A DNA stretch of 64,000 nt from Candidatus Heteroclostridium caecigallinarum (GCA_904419725.1 CAJFSP010000006.1:954-64953); one strand, 5' to 3'. Numbered from the stretch's first letter, positions 47,082-56,465 are shown. A program made the numbers and translations. The notes: generated from the sequence alone by a model not told the origin.

Positions 47082-47438
47082 ATGGATAAAAACAAATGGA
47101 AACTGCTTTTGACCGGCGGAGCGGTAGGGCTGGTAAACGGATTTCTTGGCGGCGGCGGAGGCGTTTTCGCCGTGGTGGCGCTGACGATGTTTCTGGGTCT
47201 GCCGCAGAAAAACGCCCACGCCACCGCGCTGCTCGTCATTTTGCCCGTCAGCGTTGTGTCGGCAGCGGTTTATATATTTTCCGTCGGGGTGGACGTGTGG
47301 CAGGCGCTGGCGGTTACCGCCGGCGTGACGGCGGGCGGTGTTCTGGGCGCTTTTTTGCTTAAAAAGGCCGACAACGAAAAACTGCGGCTGGTTTTCGGGT
47401 TCATACTGATTCTGGCGGGCGCGCGCATGTTTTTTTAA
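47082..47438 (+). CDS. Half-size TSUP (TauE/SafE) family membrane protein, first half
   Basis: It is 118 aa with about 4 TM helices and the motif GLVNGFLGGGGGVFAVVAL. Confidence 0.7.
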   Translation: MDKNKWKLLLTGGAVGLVNGFLGGGGGVFAVVALTMFLGLPQKNAHATALLVILPVSVVSAAVYIFSVGVDVWQALAVTAGVTAGGVLGAFLLKKADNEKLRLVFGFILILAGARMFF

Positions 47439-47450
47439 TAAGGAGAAATA

Positions 47451-47840
47451 ATGAAAATAATACTGACCGTGATATTCGGTTTCGTTGCCGGCGTCGTCGG
47501 CGGCATGGGCATGGGCGGCGGAACTTTTCTTATACCGCTGCTCGGCTTTCTGGATTACGAGCAGCGCGTCATGCAGGCGATGAATCTCATAAGTTTTTTG
47601 CCGATGGCGTGCGTGGCGCTGGCGTTTCACTTCAAAAACAAACTTGTCAGGACAAAGGGCGTGTTGTGGATTATCATTCCGGCAGCGCTGCTTTCCGTGC
47701 CGGGCGCGCTGCTGACGGGCATGGCGGGACCGAAAGCGCTTAAAATATGTTTCGGCGTGTTTTTCCTGGCGATAGGCGGGGCGGAAATATTCGGCAGCGC
47801 GAAAAAGATGAAAGACAAAAACAAAAACAAAAAGGCTTAA
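47451..47840 (+). CDS. Half-size TSUP (TauE/SafE) family membrane protein, second half
   Basis: It is 129 aa with about 4 TM helices and the motif GVVGGMGMGGGTFLIPLL. SD AAGGAG lies upstream, and it starts 12 nt after the first half. Confidence 0.7.
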   Translation: MKIILTVIFGFVAGVVGGMGMGGGTFLIPLLGFLDYEQRVMQAMNLISFLPMACVALAFHFKNKLVRTKGVLWIIIPAALLSVPGALLTGMAGPKALKICFGVFFLAIGGAEIFGSAKKMKDKNKNKKA

Positions 47841-47869
47841 AGAGCCGCCGGCGCGGGCGGCTCTTTTTT
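47841..47869 (+). terminator. Intrinsic terminator after the TSUP pair
   Basis: A 9-bp stem AGAGCCGCC/GGCGGCTCT is followed by T6. Confidence 0.8.
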
Positions 47870-47911
47870 CGCGCCGGCGTTCAAAAAATAAGGTAAAAAG
47901 AGCGCAAATTT

Positions 47912-47940
47912 TTGACTTTTGAATATCGCTGTGCTACAAT
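47912..47940 (+). promoter_or_regulatory. rnf operon promoter candidate (TTGACT-17-TACAAT)
   Basis: TTGACT at 47912-47917 and TACAAT at 47935-47940, with TG at the extended -10 position. Confidence 0.55.
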
Positions 47941-48004
47941 TTTGACGGTATGAGCGGCGCGCGCCGCTTTCATCCAATTCGCGTTTACAAAGCAAGGAGA
48001 AGTT

Positions 48005-49297
48005 ATGCAAAAGTTTGTCAAAAAGACGTTTCGGCATGGCGTTCACTTTCACGACAAAAAAGAACTGTCCAAAGGGCAGGCGACGGAAGTAATGCCAACG
48101 CCAAGCGACGTCTTTATTTCGGTGAGCCAGCATATTGGCGCGCCTTCGGCCGTCACGGTGGCGCCCGGCGACAAAGTCGTCAAAGGGCAGCTTATCGCCG
48201 ACGCGGTAGGAGGGCTGGGCTGCAAGGTTTACTCTTCGGTGTGCGGCGAGGTGGTGGAAATCGTCAAAAAAGCCGGCGCTACGGGCGCCTTAAGCGACCA
48301 TATCCACATCAGAACCGACGGGAGCGACGAAACGATGACTCTTCCGCCGATGACGTCAAAAGACGGCGCGGCGATAAGACAGCGCATAGCCGACGCCGGC
48401 ATAATCGGCATGGGCGGCGCAGGATTTCCGACGGGCGTTAAACTTAGCCCTTCGAAACCCGTGGACACGCTCATCATAAACGGCGCCGAATGCGAGCCGT
48501 ATATCACATGCGACTATCGTATCATGTTGGAAAAAACCGCCGGAATTGTTTCGGGCGCGCGTTATCTGGCTGAGGCGTGCGGCGTGGAAAACGTCGTTTT
48601 CGGTGTGGAAGACAATAAAATGGACTGCGTTGCCGCGCTTTCCGAAGCGGGCGCCAAGGTAGTGGTGCTCAAAAAGAAATACCCTCAGGGCGCCGAAAAA
48701 GATTTGATTTTCGCCGTCAACGGCAGAAAGGTGCCGTGCGGCGGTCTGCCTATGGACGTGGGCGTTATCGTGCAGAACGTGGCGACGGCTTACGCCGCTT
48801 TTGAAGCGGTGGAAAACAACAAGCCGTGTTACGAGCGCGTGGTGACCGTCAGCGGCGGCGGCGTGAAACAGCCCAAAAACCTGCTTGTGCCTAACGGCAC
48901 CAGTTACCGCGATTTGCTGGACTATTGCGGCGGCGCGTCGGACGACACCGTAAAGATAATTTCCGGCGGCCCGATGATGGGTTTCGCCGTGATGGATTTG
49001 GGCGTGACCACGACAAAGACCACGGGGTCGGTGCTGGCGCTGACCAAAGCAGAGGCAAACCTTACAATGCCGACGCCTTGCATAAACTGCGGCAGATGCG
49101 CGCGGGCGTGCCCGATGTCGCTTATGCCGATGTATATTGACTTTTATACGCTGGCGGGCGACTATGACACAGCCGTTAAATACGGCGCGCTCAACTGCTT
49201 CGAGTGCGGCAGCTGCGCGTATGTGTGCCCGGCCAGAAGGGCGATTGTCCAGAGCGTGAGACTTTGCAAGCAAAAAATCAAGGAGAGAAAGAAGTAA
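48005..49297 (+). CDS. rnfC: Rnf electron transport complex subunit C
   Basis: It has GMGGAGFPT and two 4Fe-4S motifs (CINCGRCARACP and CFECGSCAYVCP). SD AAGGAGAAG precedes the start. Confidence 0.9.
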   Translation: MQKFVKKTFRHGVHFHDKKELSKGQATEVMPTPSDVFISVSQHIGAPSAVTVAPGDKVVKGQLIADAVGGLGCKVYSSVCGEVVEIVKKAGATGALSDHIHIRTDGSDETMTLPPMTSKDGAAIRQRIADAGIIGMGGAGFPTGVKLSPSKPVDTLIINGAECEPYITCDYRIMLEKTAGIVSGARYLAEACGVENVVFGVEDNKMDCVAALSEAGAKVVVLKKKYPQGAEKDLIFAVNGRKVPCGGLPMDVGVIVQNVATAYAAFEAVENNKPCYERVVTVSGGGVKQPKNLLVPNGTSYRDLLDYCGGASDDTVKIISGGPMMGFAVMDLGVTTTKTTGSVLALTKAEANLTMPTPCINCGRCARACPMSLMPMYIDFYTLAGDYDTAVKYGALNCFECGSCAYVCPARRAIVQSVRLCKQKIKERKK

Positions 49298-49298
49298 T

Positions 49299-50309
49299 AT
49301 GGAAAAATTGGTACTCAGCGGCTCTCCGCACATAAAGGCGCCACGGACGACAAAGAGCATAATGATTGACGTCTGCGTAGCGCTGCTGCCTGCCACGGTG
49401 GTGGGCATAGTGTTTTTCGGGCTCAATGCTCTCATCACCATGATTATTTCCGTCGTCGGCGCGTTCGCGGCGGAACTTATCTGGAAAATGGCGTTCATGC
49501 GCAAAAATTTCAGGCAGTTTGCCGCCGAATTCGATTTCACGTCGATAGTGACGGGCATGCTCATCGGCATGAACATGCCGCCGCTTGTTGACTGGTATAT
49601 TCCGCTTATAGCCGATTTCTTTGCCGTGTGGATAGTAAAAATGCTGTTCGGCGGTACGGGCAGAAACATCGTCAACCCTGCCATAGCGGGGCGTGTGTTT
49701 GTGTTTCTCAGTTTCGGCATAGTGGCGGCAAACGGTTTTGTCGAACCGATCGTCACGGGAAACGGCACCTTTACCGATGTCGTCGTGGCTGGCTCCACGC
49801 CGCTCGGCTCTTTGTTTATGAACGGCGAGTTTACCGCCACAAACATGCAGTTGTTTCTCGGCACGGTGCCGGGCTGCATAGGCGAAACAAGCGCGCTGGC
49901 GCTCATCGTCGGCGGACTGTATCTCGTCGTCCGCAGGGTTATCGACATCAGGTGGCCTGTCATTTACATAGCCGTCACGGGGCTTCTCACCGTGGCTATA
50001 AAGGGCTTTGATTTCACATGGTTTTTGCCGTCGATACTTTCGGGCGGGCTTATGCTGGGCGCGATATTTATGGCGACCGACTACGTCACCACGCCGAACA
50101 CGACGTGGGGCAACGTGATTTACTTCGTAGCGCTGGGCGTCATCACGGCGGTGCTGCGCTGCAACAACGGCACGGAAGTCGTTTCTTTCGCCATCCTGCT
50201 TATGAATCTCGTGGTGCCGATTATCGACAAATACATTTTCCCGCGCCCGTTCGGGCATGTGAAACAGCCTAAGGCGAAAAAACAAAAAGCGGTTAAGGAG
50301 GGCGAGTAA
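49299..50309 (+). CDS. rnfD: Rnf complex subunit D
   Basis: It is a polytopic NqrB/RnfD-like protein (SGSPHIK, GRNIVNPA) with a probable flavinylation region near the C-terminus. Confidence 0.9.
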   Translation: MEKLVLSGSPHIKAPRTTKSIMIDVCVALLPATVVGIVFFGLNALITMIISVVGAFAAELIWKMAFMRKNFRQFAAEFDFTSIVTGMLIGMNMPPLVDWYIPLIADFFAVWIVKMLFGGTGRNIVNPAIAGRVFVFLSFGIVAANGFVEPIVTGNGTFTDVVVAGSTPLGSLFMNGEFTATNMQLFLGTVPGCIGETSALALIVGGLYLVVRRVIDIRWPVIYIAVTGLLTVAIKGFDFTWFLPSILSGGLMLGAIFMATDYVTTPNTTWGNVIYFVALGVITAVLRCNNGTEVVSFAILLMNLVVPIIDKYIFPRPFGHVKQPKAKKQKAVKEGE

Positions 50310-50310
50310 T

Positions 50311-50901
50311 ATGACTCATGCAAAAAGCAAAAAATCACTTAACCCTTCGGTTCTGGCGGTGCTGGTGCTGGTGGTCATCGCCCTTGTTTCGGGCGGACTG
50401 CTGGCGATACTCAACGATTTGCTTTTCGTTTCCGAAGAGGAACGCACAAACCGCTCGCTCAACAAAGTTTACGCAAGCGAGAGTTTTACCGAACTTGAAA
50501 TAGACGCGGATTACGCCTCCAACGCCGATTACGGCGAGATAGTGTATCTCTATGAAGCCGCCGACGGCACGATAATAATCAGCGCCAGGGGGCAAAAGGG
50601 CTGGAAAGGACAGAGCCAGATTGTAATGGCGGTTTCCACCGACGGCACAATCGTCAACATGATTGTGGGCGACTATGGCGGAGACGACAAAACAACCAGC
50701 ATAGACGCCGACTATCTCAAACAGTACACCGGCATGCAGGTTACGGCGGATTTGAAATTCACCGTGAGCGGCGAGGCGGGCGCTGTGGACGTGTCGTCCG
50801 GCGCGTCGGCGACGCACACGATGGGTTCCATCTGTTCCGCCGCCAACATGGCAGTGTATTATCTCGTTAATTCAGATGTTATGGGAGGTGACGCGCAATG
50901 A
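50311..50901 (+). CDS. rnfG: Rnf complex subunit G (FMN-binding)
   Basis: It has an N-terminal TM helix and an FMN_bind domain with an SGASATHT segment at the expected flavin attachment region. Confidence 0.85.
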   Translation: MTHAKSKKSLNPSVLAVLVLVVIALVSGGLLAILNDLLFVSEEERTNRSLNKVYASESFTELEIDADYASNADYGEIVYLYEAADGTIIISARGQKGWKGQSQIVMAVSTDGTIVNMIVGDYGGDDKTTSIDADYLKQYTGMQVTADLKFTVSGEAGAVDVSSGASATHTMGSICSAANMAVYYLVNSDVMGGDAQ

Positions 50902-51581
50902 AGATTAAAGACATTGCTCTTGACGGCGTCGTCAGACAAAACCCGGTTTTCAAACTGGTGCTGGGCACCTGCCCGACGCTGGCGGTCACCGTGTCCATGT
51001 CAAACGCGCTGGGCATGGGGCTGGCGGTAATATTCGTGCTCACATGCTCAAATGTGCTTATATCCATGCTCAGGAACATAATTCCCGACAAGGTGCGCAT
51101 TCCGGCGTTTATAATGATTATCGCCACATTCGTTACAATCGTCATGCTGGTGCTTGACAAGTTTATGCCGGATTTGTACGACTCGCTGGGGCTGTTCCTG
51201 CCGCTCATCGTCGTCAACTGTCTGATACTCGCCAGGGCGGAAGCCTTCGCGTCTTCCAACGGCGTGGGATACTCGGCGCTCGACGGCATATTCATGGGCT
51301 GCGGCTTTACGCTGGGACTTCTCGCCATGTCGCTTGTGAGAGAGTTTCTGGGTTCGGGCAGCATATTCGGACTCAAAATAATGGAATTCTCGATAGGCGC
51401 GTTCGCCACCAGCGCGGGCGGCTTTCTGACGTTCGGTCTGCTTATCGCGGCGTTTGTGGCGATAAACAACAAGATAAACGAAAAGAACAAACACAAGAAA
51501 CATCAGCAAATCGCCGCCGTCGAGCAGGAAGTCAAAGACGCCGTGGCGGCTCACGAAAACAGTCAGGCGGAGGTTAAATAA
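50898..51581 (+). CDS. rnfE: Rnf complex subunit E
   Basis: It is an NqrD/RnfE-like 6-TM protein (NPVFKLVLGTCPTLAVT). Confidence 0.9.
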   Translation: MKIKDIALDGVVRQNPVFKLVLGTCPTLAVTVSMSNALGMGLAVIFVLTCSNVLISMLRNIIPDKVRIPAFIMIIATFVTIVMLVLDKFMPDLYDSLGLFLPLIVVNCLILARAEAFASSNGVGYSALDGIFMGCGFTLGLLAMSLVREFLGSGSIFGLKIMEFSIGAFATSAGGFLTFGLLIAAFVAINNKINEKNKHKKHQQIAAVEQEVKDAVAAHENSQAEVK

Positions 51582-51583
51582 TC

Positions 51584-52153
51584 ATGGGTATAGTTTCATT
51601 GTTTATTGCCGCCGTATTCACAAACAACTTCATACTTGTCCAGACTGTCGGTATATGTCCGTTCCTCGGCGTCTCCAAAAAGACGGAATCGGCTCTCGGC
51701 ATGGGCATTGCCGTGACATTCGTCATGGTGCTGGCAAGCGCCTTCACATACGCCGTTTACGACTGGGTTCTCGTGCCGCTTGGCATGGAATTCATGCAGA
51801 CAATCGTCTTTATATTCGTCATAGCGGCGCTGGTGCAGATGCTGGAAATGTTTATTAAAAAGACGTCTCCGTCGCTGTATTCGTCGCTGGGCGTGTATCT
51901 GCCGCTCATCACTACAAACTGCACCATTCTTGGCGTGGCGGTGGCGAATCTGTCCGACGCCCTTGTCACCAACCTGTTTATGGCCATTCTCAACGGTCTG
52001 TTCTGCGGCATAGGCTTTACGCTGGCAATATTCCTGATGAGCGGTCTCAGGGAAAAAGTGGACAAAGCCAACATCCCGAGATGCTTCAAAGGGTTTCCTA
52101 TTACTCTTATCACGGCGTGTTTCATGGCCATGGCGTTTGCCGTGTTCGGTTAA
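51584..52153 (+). CDS. rnfA: Rnf complex subunit A
   Basis: It is an NqrE/RnfA-like protein (NNFILVQTVGICPFLGVS). Confidence 0.9.
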   Translation: MGIVSLFIAAVFTNNFILVQTVGICPFLGVSKKTESALGMGIAVTFVMVLASAFTYAVYDWVLVPLGMEFMQTIVFIFVIAALVQMLEMFIKKTSPSLYSSLGVYLPLITTNCTILGVAVANLSDALVTNLFMAILNGLFCGIGFTLAIFLMSGLREKVDKANIPRCFKGFPITLITACFMAMAFAVFG

Positions 52154-52166
52154 GGAGGGCTGAGGT

Positions 52167-52982
52167 ATGTTTTGCTTTCAGGATATAAACTGGGGGACAT
52201 TCGGCTGGACGCTGGGCGTCATGCTGATAATAGCGTTGGTGCTCGGCGGGCTTATAATTCTCGTTTCAAAATTCTTTTCGGTGGAAAAGGACACCCGCGT
52301 GGACGAAATCGTGGAGCATCTGCCGAAAGCCAACTGCGGCGCGTGCGGACACCCTGGCTGCGAAGGCTTTGCCCAGGCGCTCGTAAACGGCACCGCCGAC
52401 GTGGACGACTGCAAGGTCAGCAGTAAAGAGCAGAAAATCGAAATAGCCAACATTCTGGGCAAGTCGTTTTCCGGCGGCGAGGAAACAGTCGCCGTGGTCG
52501 CCTGCAACGGCGGCAACAACTGCCAGGATAAATACGCCTATCAGGGATACGGCAACTGCCAGGCGCAGGTAATGCTGTCGGGCGGCAGAAAGGCGTGTCC
52601 CGTAGGCTGCATGGGGGCGGGCAGCTGCGCCGATATTTGCCCTAGCGCCGCGATAAAGGTCAAAGAGGGCGTCGCCGTCGTTGACCCCGATCTGTGTATT
52701 TCGTGCGGGCTGTGCATGCAGACCTGTCCGAAGAAAATCATCAAGCGCATTCCTAAATCGGCTAAGATTTACGTGGCGTGCTCGACCCAGTGCAAAGGCA
52801 AAGAGGTTATGGCTGCGTGCAAGGCCGGGTGCATTGCCTGCGGTATCTGCGAAAGAACTTGCAAATACGGCGCGATTCATCTGGTGAACAACGTGCCTGT
52901 TATAGATTATTCCAAGTGCGTCGGCTGTAAAGAATGCATGAATAAATGCCCGCGCAAGGTGATTAAGGAAAGAAACGCGTAA
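52167..52982 (+). CDS. rnfB: Rnf complex subunit B (polyferredoxin)
   Basis: An N-terminal TM helix is followed by CGACGHPGCEGFA and several CxxCxxCxxxCP clusters. Confidence 0.9.
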   Translation: MFCFQDINWGTFGWTLGVMLIIALVLGGLIILVSKFFSVEKDTRVDEIVEHLPKANCGACGHPGCEGFAQALVNGTADVDDCKVSSKEQKIEIANILGKSFSGGEETVAVVACNGGNNCQDKYAYQGYGNCQAQVMLSGGRKACPVGCMGAGSCADICPSAAIKVKEGVAVVDPDLCISCGLCMQTCPKKIIKRIPKSAKIYVACSTQCKGKEVMAACKAGCIACGICERTCKYGAIHLVNNVPVIDYSKCVGCKECMNKCPRKVIKERNA

Positions 52983-52993
52983 AAAAAATTTTT

Positions 52994-53020
52994 CGGCGGC
53001 GGTTTTCGCCGCCGTTTTTC
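52994..53020 (+). terminator. Intrinsic terminator after rnfB
   Basis: An 8-bp GC stem CGGCGGCG/CGCCGCCG is followed by T5. Confidence 0.8.
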
Positions 53021-53305
53021 TTTTTCGCCGTGTTTTGCCCAAAATAGTGAATTTTTTTTCATTTTAATGATTTTTTTCGGTTTTTTCGGCATTTTTTGCC
53101 TGTTTGCTGTTGACTTTGACGGTTTTTGTGTTATATAATGACGCCACTTTTCTTTTATTTGACGGCGTGCGCGGTCAAAAAAACAAAGGAATTTTAACAA
53201 ACGGTATGTACAAAGCATTTTTGCTGTGATATACTTAACTTGGAAGAAAAGTACCACAACCAGCATCACGTTTTTACGTTACGGAAGTAGAGAGAGGGTA
53301 TTGTT

Positions 53306-54820
53306 TTGGAAAGAGTAGGTTTTATTGATTTGGGTTCAAATACCGCAAGACTGGTTATTATCGACATACTGGACGGCGGCTATTACGTTGTTGTCAATGA
53401 AATGAAAGAAGCCGTGCGCCTGGGAGACATGGAGAAAGACGGTACGCTTAAAACGTCGCGGGTGGTACAGGCTATCGCGACGCTTAAAATTTTCAAGAAG
53501 ACCTGCGAGTGCAACAACGTCGACAAAATAATCGCGGTGGCGACCGCCGCGGTCAGACAGGCGAGAAGCCAAAAGGTGTTTCTCAACGACGTTTTCGTGG
53601 CGACGGGCATCAAACTGCGCGTTTTGTCTGAAACGGAAGAGGCGCATTATGTCTATCAGGGCGTTATAAACTCCATGGAGATTCCGAAAGGGCTCATCAT
53701 GGAAATCGGCGGCGGAAGCACCAAACTTATATATTACAACAGAAGGAATATTCTCAAAGAGAGCATTCTGCCTTTCGGCGCGGTCACGCTCAGCGAAATG
53801 TTTACCGTGAACGAGGAAAGACCGGAAGATCAGGCCCTTAAAATAGAAGAATTCGTCAAAGGGAAACTCGAAGAACTCACATGGCTCAAAGAAATCGATC
53901 CGGACGCGCAGTTTATCGGCGTGGGCGGGTCGTTCCGCAGCCTTTCGAAAATATCCAGGCGCATCAAAAAATATCCGCTCGACATGGTGCACAACTATCA
54001 GATGTCGAGGGCGGATTTTTACAACATCTATGACATGATAAAGGTGCTCGACCTGGACAAGAAAATGAAAATCAAGGGTATGTCCACCGCGAGGGCGGAC
54101 GTGTTCCCTTGCGCGCTGTCCGTCATAAAGGCGTTTGTTGATTATATGGATTTCCACGTCATCACCACAAGCGGGTGCGGTCTGCGCGAAGGCTATATGT
54201 TCAATTACGCCGTGCCGCAGACGCTGGAAAAACCTATAAGCGATATTCTCGGGCACAGCCTGGCGACGTATATCAACTATATGCGTCTCGACGCCGCGCA
54301 CTGCGAGCAGGTGTTTAACCTTTGCATTCAGCTGTTCAGACAACTCAGGGTGCTGCACAAGTTCCCGAGGGCGTACGTCAGGGTGCTGCGCGTCGCCGCG
54401 CTTATGCACGACAGCGGCAAGTGCTTTAAGTTTTTCAATTATCAGAAACATTCGGCGTATTTCATACTCAACTCGAACCTGTACGGCATAGCCCACAAGG
54501 ATTTGGTCTTGGCTGCGTTCGTGACGGAAATGTTCAATAAAGACGAAATCAATATGAACGACTGGGTCAAATACCGCGAACTGCTTACCGAAGAGGACGT
54601 CGAAGCGGGCAAAAAACTCGCCGTCATACTCAAACTCGCGGTGGCGCTGGACAAGAGCAGAAACAACGTCATAACCGAAATCAACTGCGACGTGCTTGGC
54701 GACAGCGTCATTATGAAGACGGAAACAAACGGCGCGGACAGCATGCTTGAAATAAAGGAAGCGGTGGGCGCGTCCGCCGATTTCCGCAGGGTGTTCAAGA
54801 AAAATCTGGAAATTCTGTAA
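53306..54820 (+). CDS. Ppx/GppA family phosphatase with a C-terminal HD domain
   Basis: The start is TTG, preceded by AGAGAGGG. Motifs seen are GFIDLGSNTARLVI, EIGGGSTKL and the HD region LMHDSGK. Confidence 0.85.
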   Translation: MERVGFIDLGSNTARLVIIDILDGGYYVVVNEMKEAVRLGDMEKDGTLKTSRVVQAIATLKIFKKTCECNNVDKIIAVATAAVRQARSQKVFLNDVFVATGIKLRVLSETEEAHYVYQGVINSMEIPKGLIMEIGGGSTKLIYYNRRNILKESILPFGAVTLSEMFTVNEERPEDQALKIEEFVKGKLEELTWLKEIDPDAQFIGVGGSFRSLSKISRRIKKYPLDMVHNYQMSRADFYNIYDMIKVLDLDKKMKIKGMSTARADVFPCALSVIKAFVDYMDFHVITTSGCGLREGYMFNYAVPQTLEKPISDILGHSLATYINYMRLDAAHCEQVFNLCIQLFRQLRVLHKFPRAYVRVLRVAALMHDSGKCFKFFNYQKHSAYFILNSNLYGIAHKDLVLAAFVTEMFNKDEINMNDWVKYRELLTEEDVEAGKKLAVILKLAVALDKSRNNVITEINCDVLGDSVIMKTETNGADSMLEIKEAVGASADFRRVFKKNLEIL

Positions 54821-54837
54821 AACAATTCAAATCGAAC

Positions 54838-54867
54838 AAACCGGGCGGGCGCCCGGTTTATTTTTTT
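54838..54867 (+). terminator. Intrinsic terminator after ppx/gppA
   Basis: The stem is AAACCGGGC-gggc-GCCCGGTTT, followed by a T-run. Confidence 0.75.
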
Positions 54868-54905
54868 GTCCGCGCGCCGCGCGCGGTTTTGACTGCGGAA
54901 GAACA

Positions 54906-54934
54906 TTGCCTTTTTGCCGATGCTTTGGTATAAT
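54906..54934 (+). promoter_or_regulatory. maf promoter candidate (TTGCCT-17-TGgTATAAT)
   Basis: TTGCCT at 54906-54911 and an extended -10 with TATAAT at 54929-54934. The maf ATG is at 54941. Confidence 0.55.
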
Positions 54935-54940
54935 ATAAAA

Positions 54941-55504
54941 ATGAAAATTATTTTGGCGTCGGCATCGCCAAGGCGGAAAGCGCTGCTCGGCGAAATAACC
55001 GAAAAGTTCGAGGTCGTGCCGGCGCGGGGCGAAGAAAAGGCTGACGGGCTTCCGCCCGAGGAAACGGTCAGGAAACTGTCTTTCGACAAGGCGAAAGAGG
55101 TCTTCGCTTTTCACGGCGACGACCTTGTAATCGGCGCCGACACGGTAGTGGCGCTGGACGGCAGGATTATGGGCAAGCCGAAAGACGAAAAGCAGGCGTT
55201 TGAAATGCTGTCGGCTTTGTCGGGCAGGGAGCACGACGTTTATACCGGCGTGACGGTGATGACAAAGGACGTGACGGTTACTTTCGCGGAAAAAAGCGGC
55301 GTGCTTTTCAGGCGGCTTTCCGACGCGGAAATAAAAGATTACATAGCAACGGGCTCTCCGATGGACAAAGCGGGGGCTTACGGCGTGCAGGACAGCGGTT
55401 TTGTAGCCGAAGTGCGCGGCAGCGTGAAAAACGTGGTCGGGCTGCCCGTGGAAAGACTGGCAAACATTCTCTCACAGTTCGGAGGTGCATATGGCAAACT
55501 TTGA
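54941..55504 (+). CDS. maf: Maf nucleoside triphosphate pyrophosphatase (septum formation protein)
   Basis: Motifs seen are KIILASASPRRKALL, IGADTVV, GKPKDEKQA and GAYGVQD. Confidence 0.9.
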   Translation: MKIILASASPRRKALLGEITEKFEVVPARGEEKADGLPPEETVRKLSFDKAKEVFAFHGDDLVIGADTVVALDGRIMGKPKDEKQAFEMLSALSGREHDVYTGVTVMTKDVTVTFAEKSGVLFRRLSDAEIKDYIATGSPMDKAGAYGVQDSGFVAEVRGSVKNVVGLPVERLANILSQFGGAYGKL

Positions 55505-56465
55505 TATGGCGATTGACCTGGGCTCGGATTTTGTGAGCGTGCTCACAAAAGACGATGACGTGCTTGTCAAACAGTACAATTACGTGGCGGTTTCGGCGGA
55601 CGGCGGTGAGGCGCTCGCCTGCGGCAACGGCGCCGTTAAACTGTATAAAAACAATCCGCAAAGCGTAAAACTCGTCCGCCCGATGGACGAATGCAACATA
55701 AAGAACAAGGATTATGCCGATTGTTATTTCAACTGGCTGTTCACCGTGCTGAACGAGGATGCTTTCGACAATCAGCGCGCCAGAATTCTGTGCGTGGTGC
55801 CCGGCGGCGCCAACGCCAACGAGAAAAAGCAAATCGAAACTATGTTTGTAAATCTGGGCGCCAAGGCGGTGGCGTTCACCGAGGCGCCGAAAGCGGCGCA
55901 GCGCATTGTTTCGCAGGAATATAAATCGCACAGCGGCATTGTGGCTGATATAGGCAGCGCGATAGCCGATTTCGGCTGCTTTACCGACGGCGAAATGACG
56001 GGCGGGTTCAGCCTGTATCTCGGCGGCAGGCAGCTGGACGTGGCAATCAAACAGTTTGTGGAAGAACAGTATAATCTCCACATAGAACTGCCGCAGGCGG
56101 AAAAGATAAAAAGGCAGTGCAGCCTTTACGACAACAATGTGGCGCAGATACTCATCGAGGGGGTAAATTACGAAAGCCGCATGGACGACAAAGTGGAAGT
56201 GCCCATAAGGGCGCTGTACGACGTCATCGCCAATTATATCAATAAATACTGCGTGCTTATCAAAAGCGCCGTCCGCAGCGCGCAGCCCGAAGCGGCGGAA
56301 AAACTCAAACTCGGCGGGATTTTTCTGAGCGGCGGCGTCAGCAAACTCGAAGGGATAGCCGACTATATGTCTAAAAACACGGGGCTGAGCGCCAGGGTGT
56401 CCTCTTACGGGGCGAACAGCGTTATATACGGCGCTCGCCTGATGCTTGACGAAGTTTTCGCCTGA
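55491..56465 (+). CDS. Divergent MreB/actin-like protein with degenerate nucleotide-binding motifs
   Basis: GGAGG lies 5 nt upstream of the ATG. The layout is MreB-like (AIDLGSDF.., VADIGSAIADF.., IFLSGGVSKLEGI) and it sits at the mreB position after maf. It overlaps maf by 14 nt. Confidence 0.65.
   Translation: MANFDMAIDLGSDFVSVLTKDDDVLVKQYNYVAVSADGGEALACGNGAVKLYKNNPQSVKLVRPMDECNIKNKDYADCYFNWLFTVLNEDAFDNQRARILCVVPGGANANEKKQIETMFVNLGAKAVAFTEAPKAAQRIVSQEYKSHSGIVADIGSAIADFGCFTDGEMTGGFSLYLGGRQLDVAIKQFVEEQYNLHIELPQAEKIKRQCSLYDNNVAQILIEGVNYESRMDDKVEVPIRALYDVIANYINKYCVLIKSAVRSAQPEAAEKLKLGGIFLSGGVSKLEGIADYMSKNTGLSARVSSYGANSVIYGARLMLDEVFA

Noticed and set aside
48356-50285. Minus-strand ORFs of 535 aa and 335 aa across rnfC/rnfD.
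   Set aside because: They are antisense to the well-supported rnf operon. The products are R/H/A-rich with no motifs.
53149-53305. Long (~155 nt) leader upstream of ppx/gppA as a possible riboswitch.
   Set aside because: I could find only weak, short hairpins and no match to any motif I know. That is not enough evidence to report as a feature.
53336-54496. 386-aa minus-strand ORF.
   Set aside because: It is antisense to the Ppx/GppA gene.
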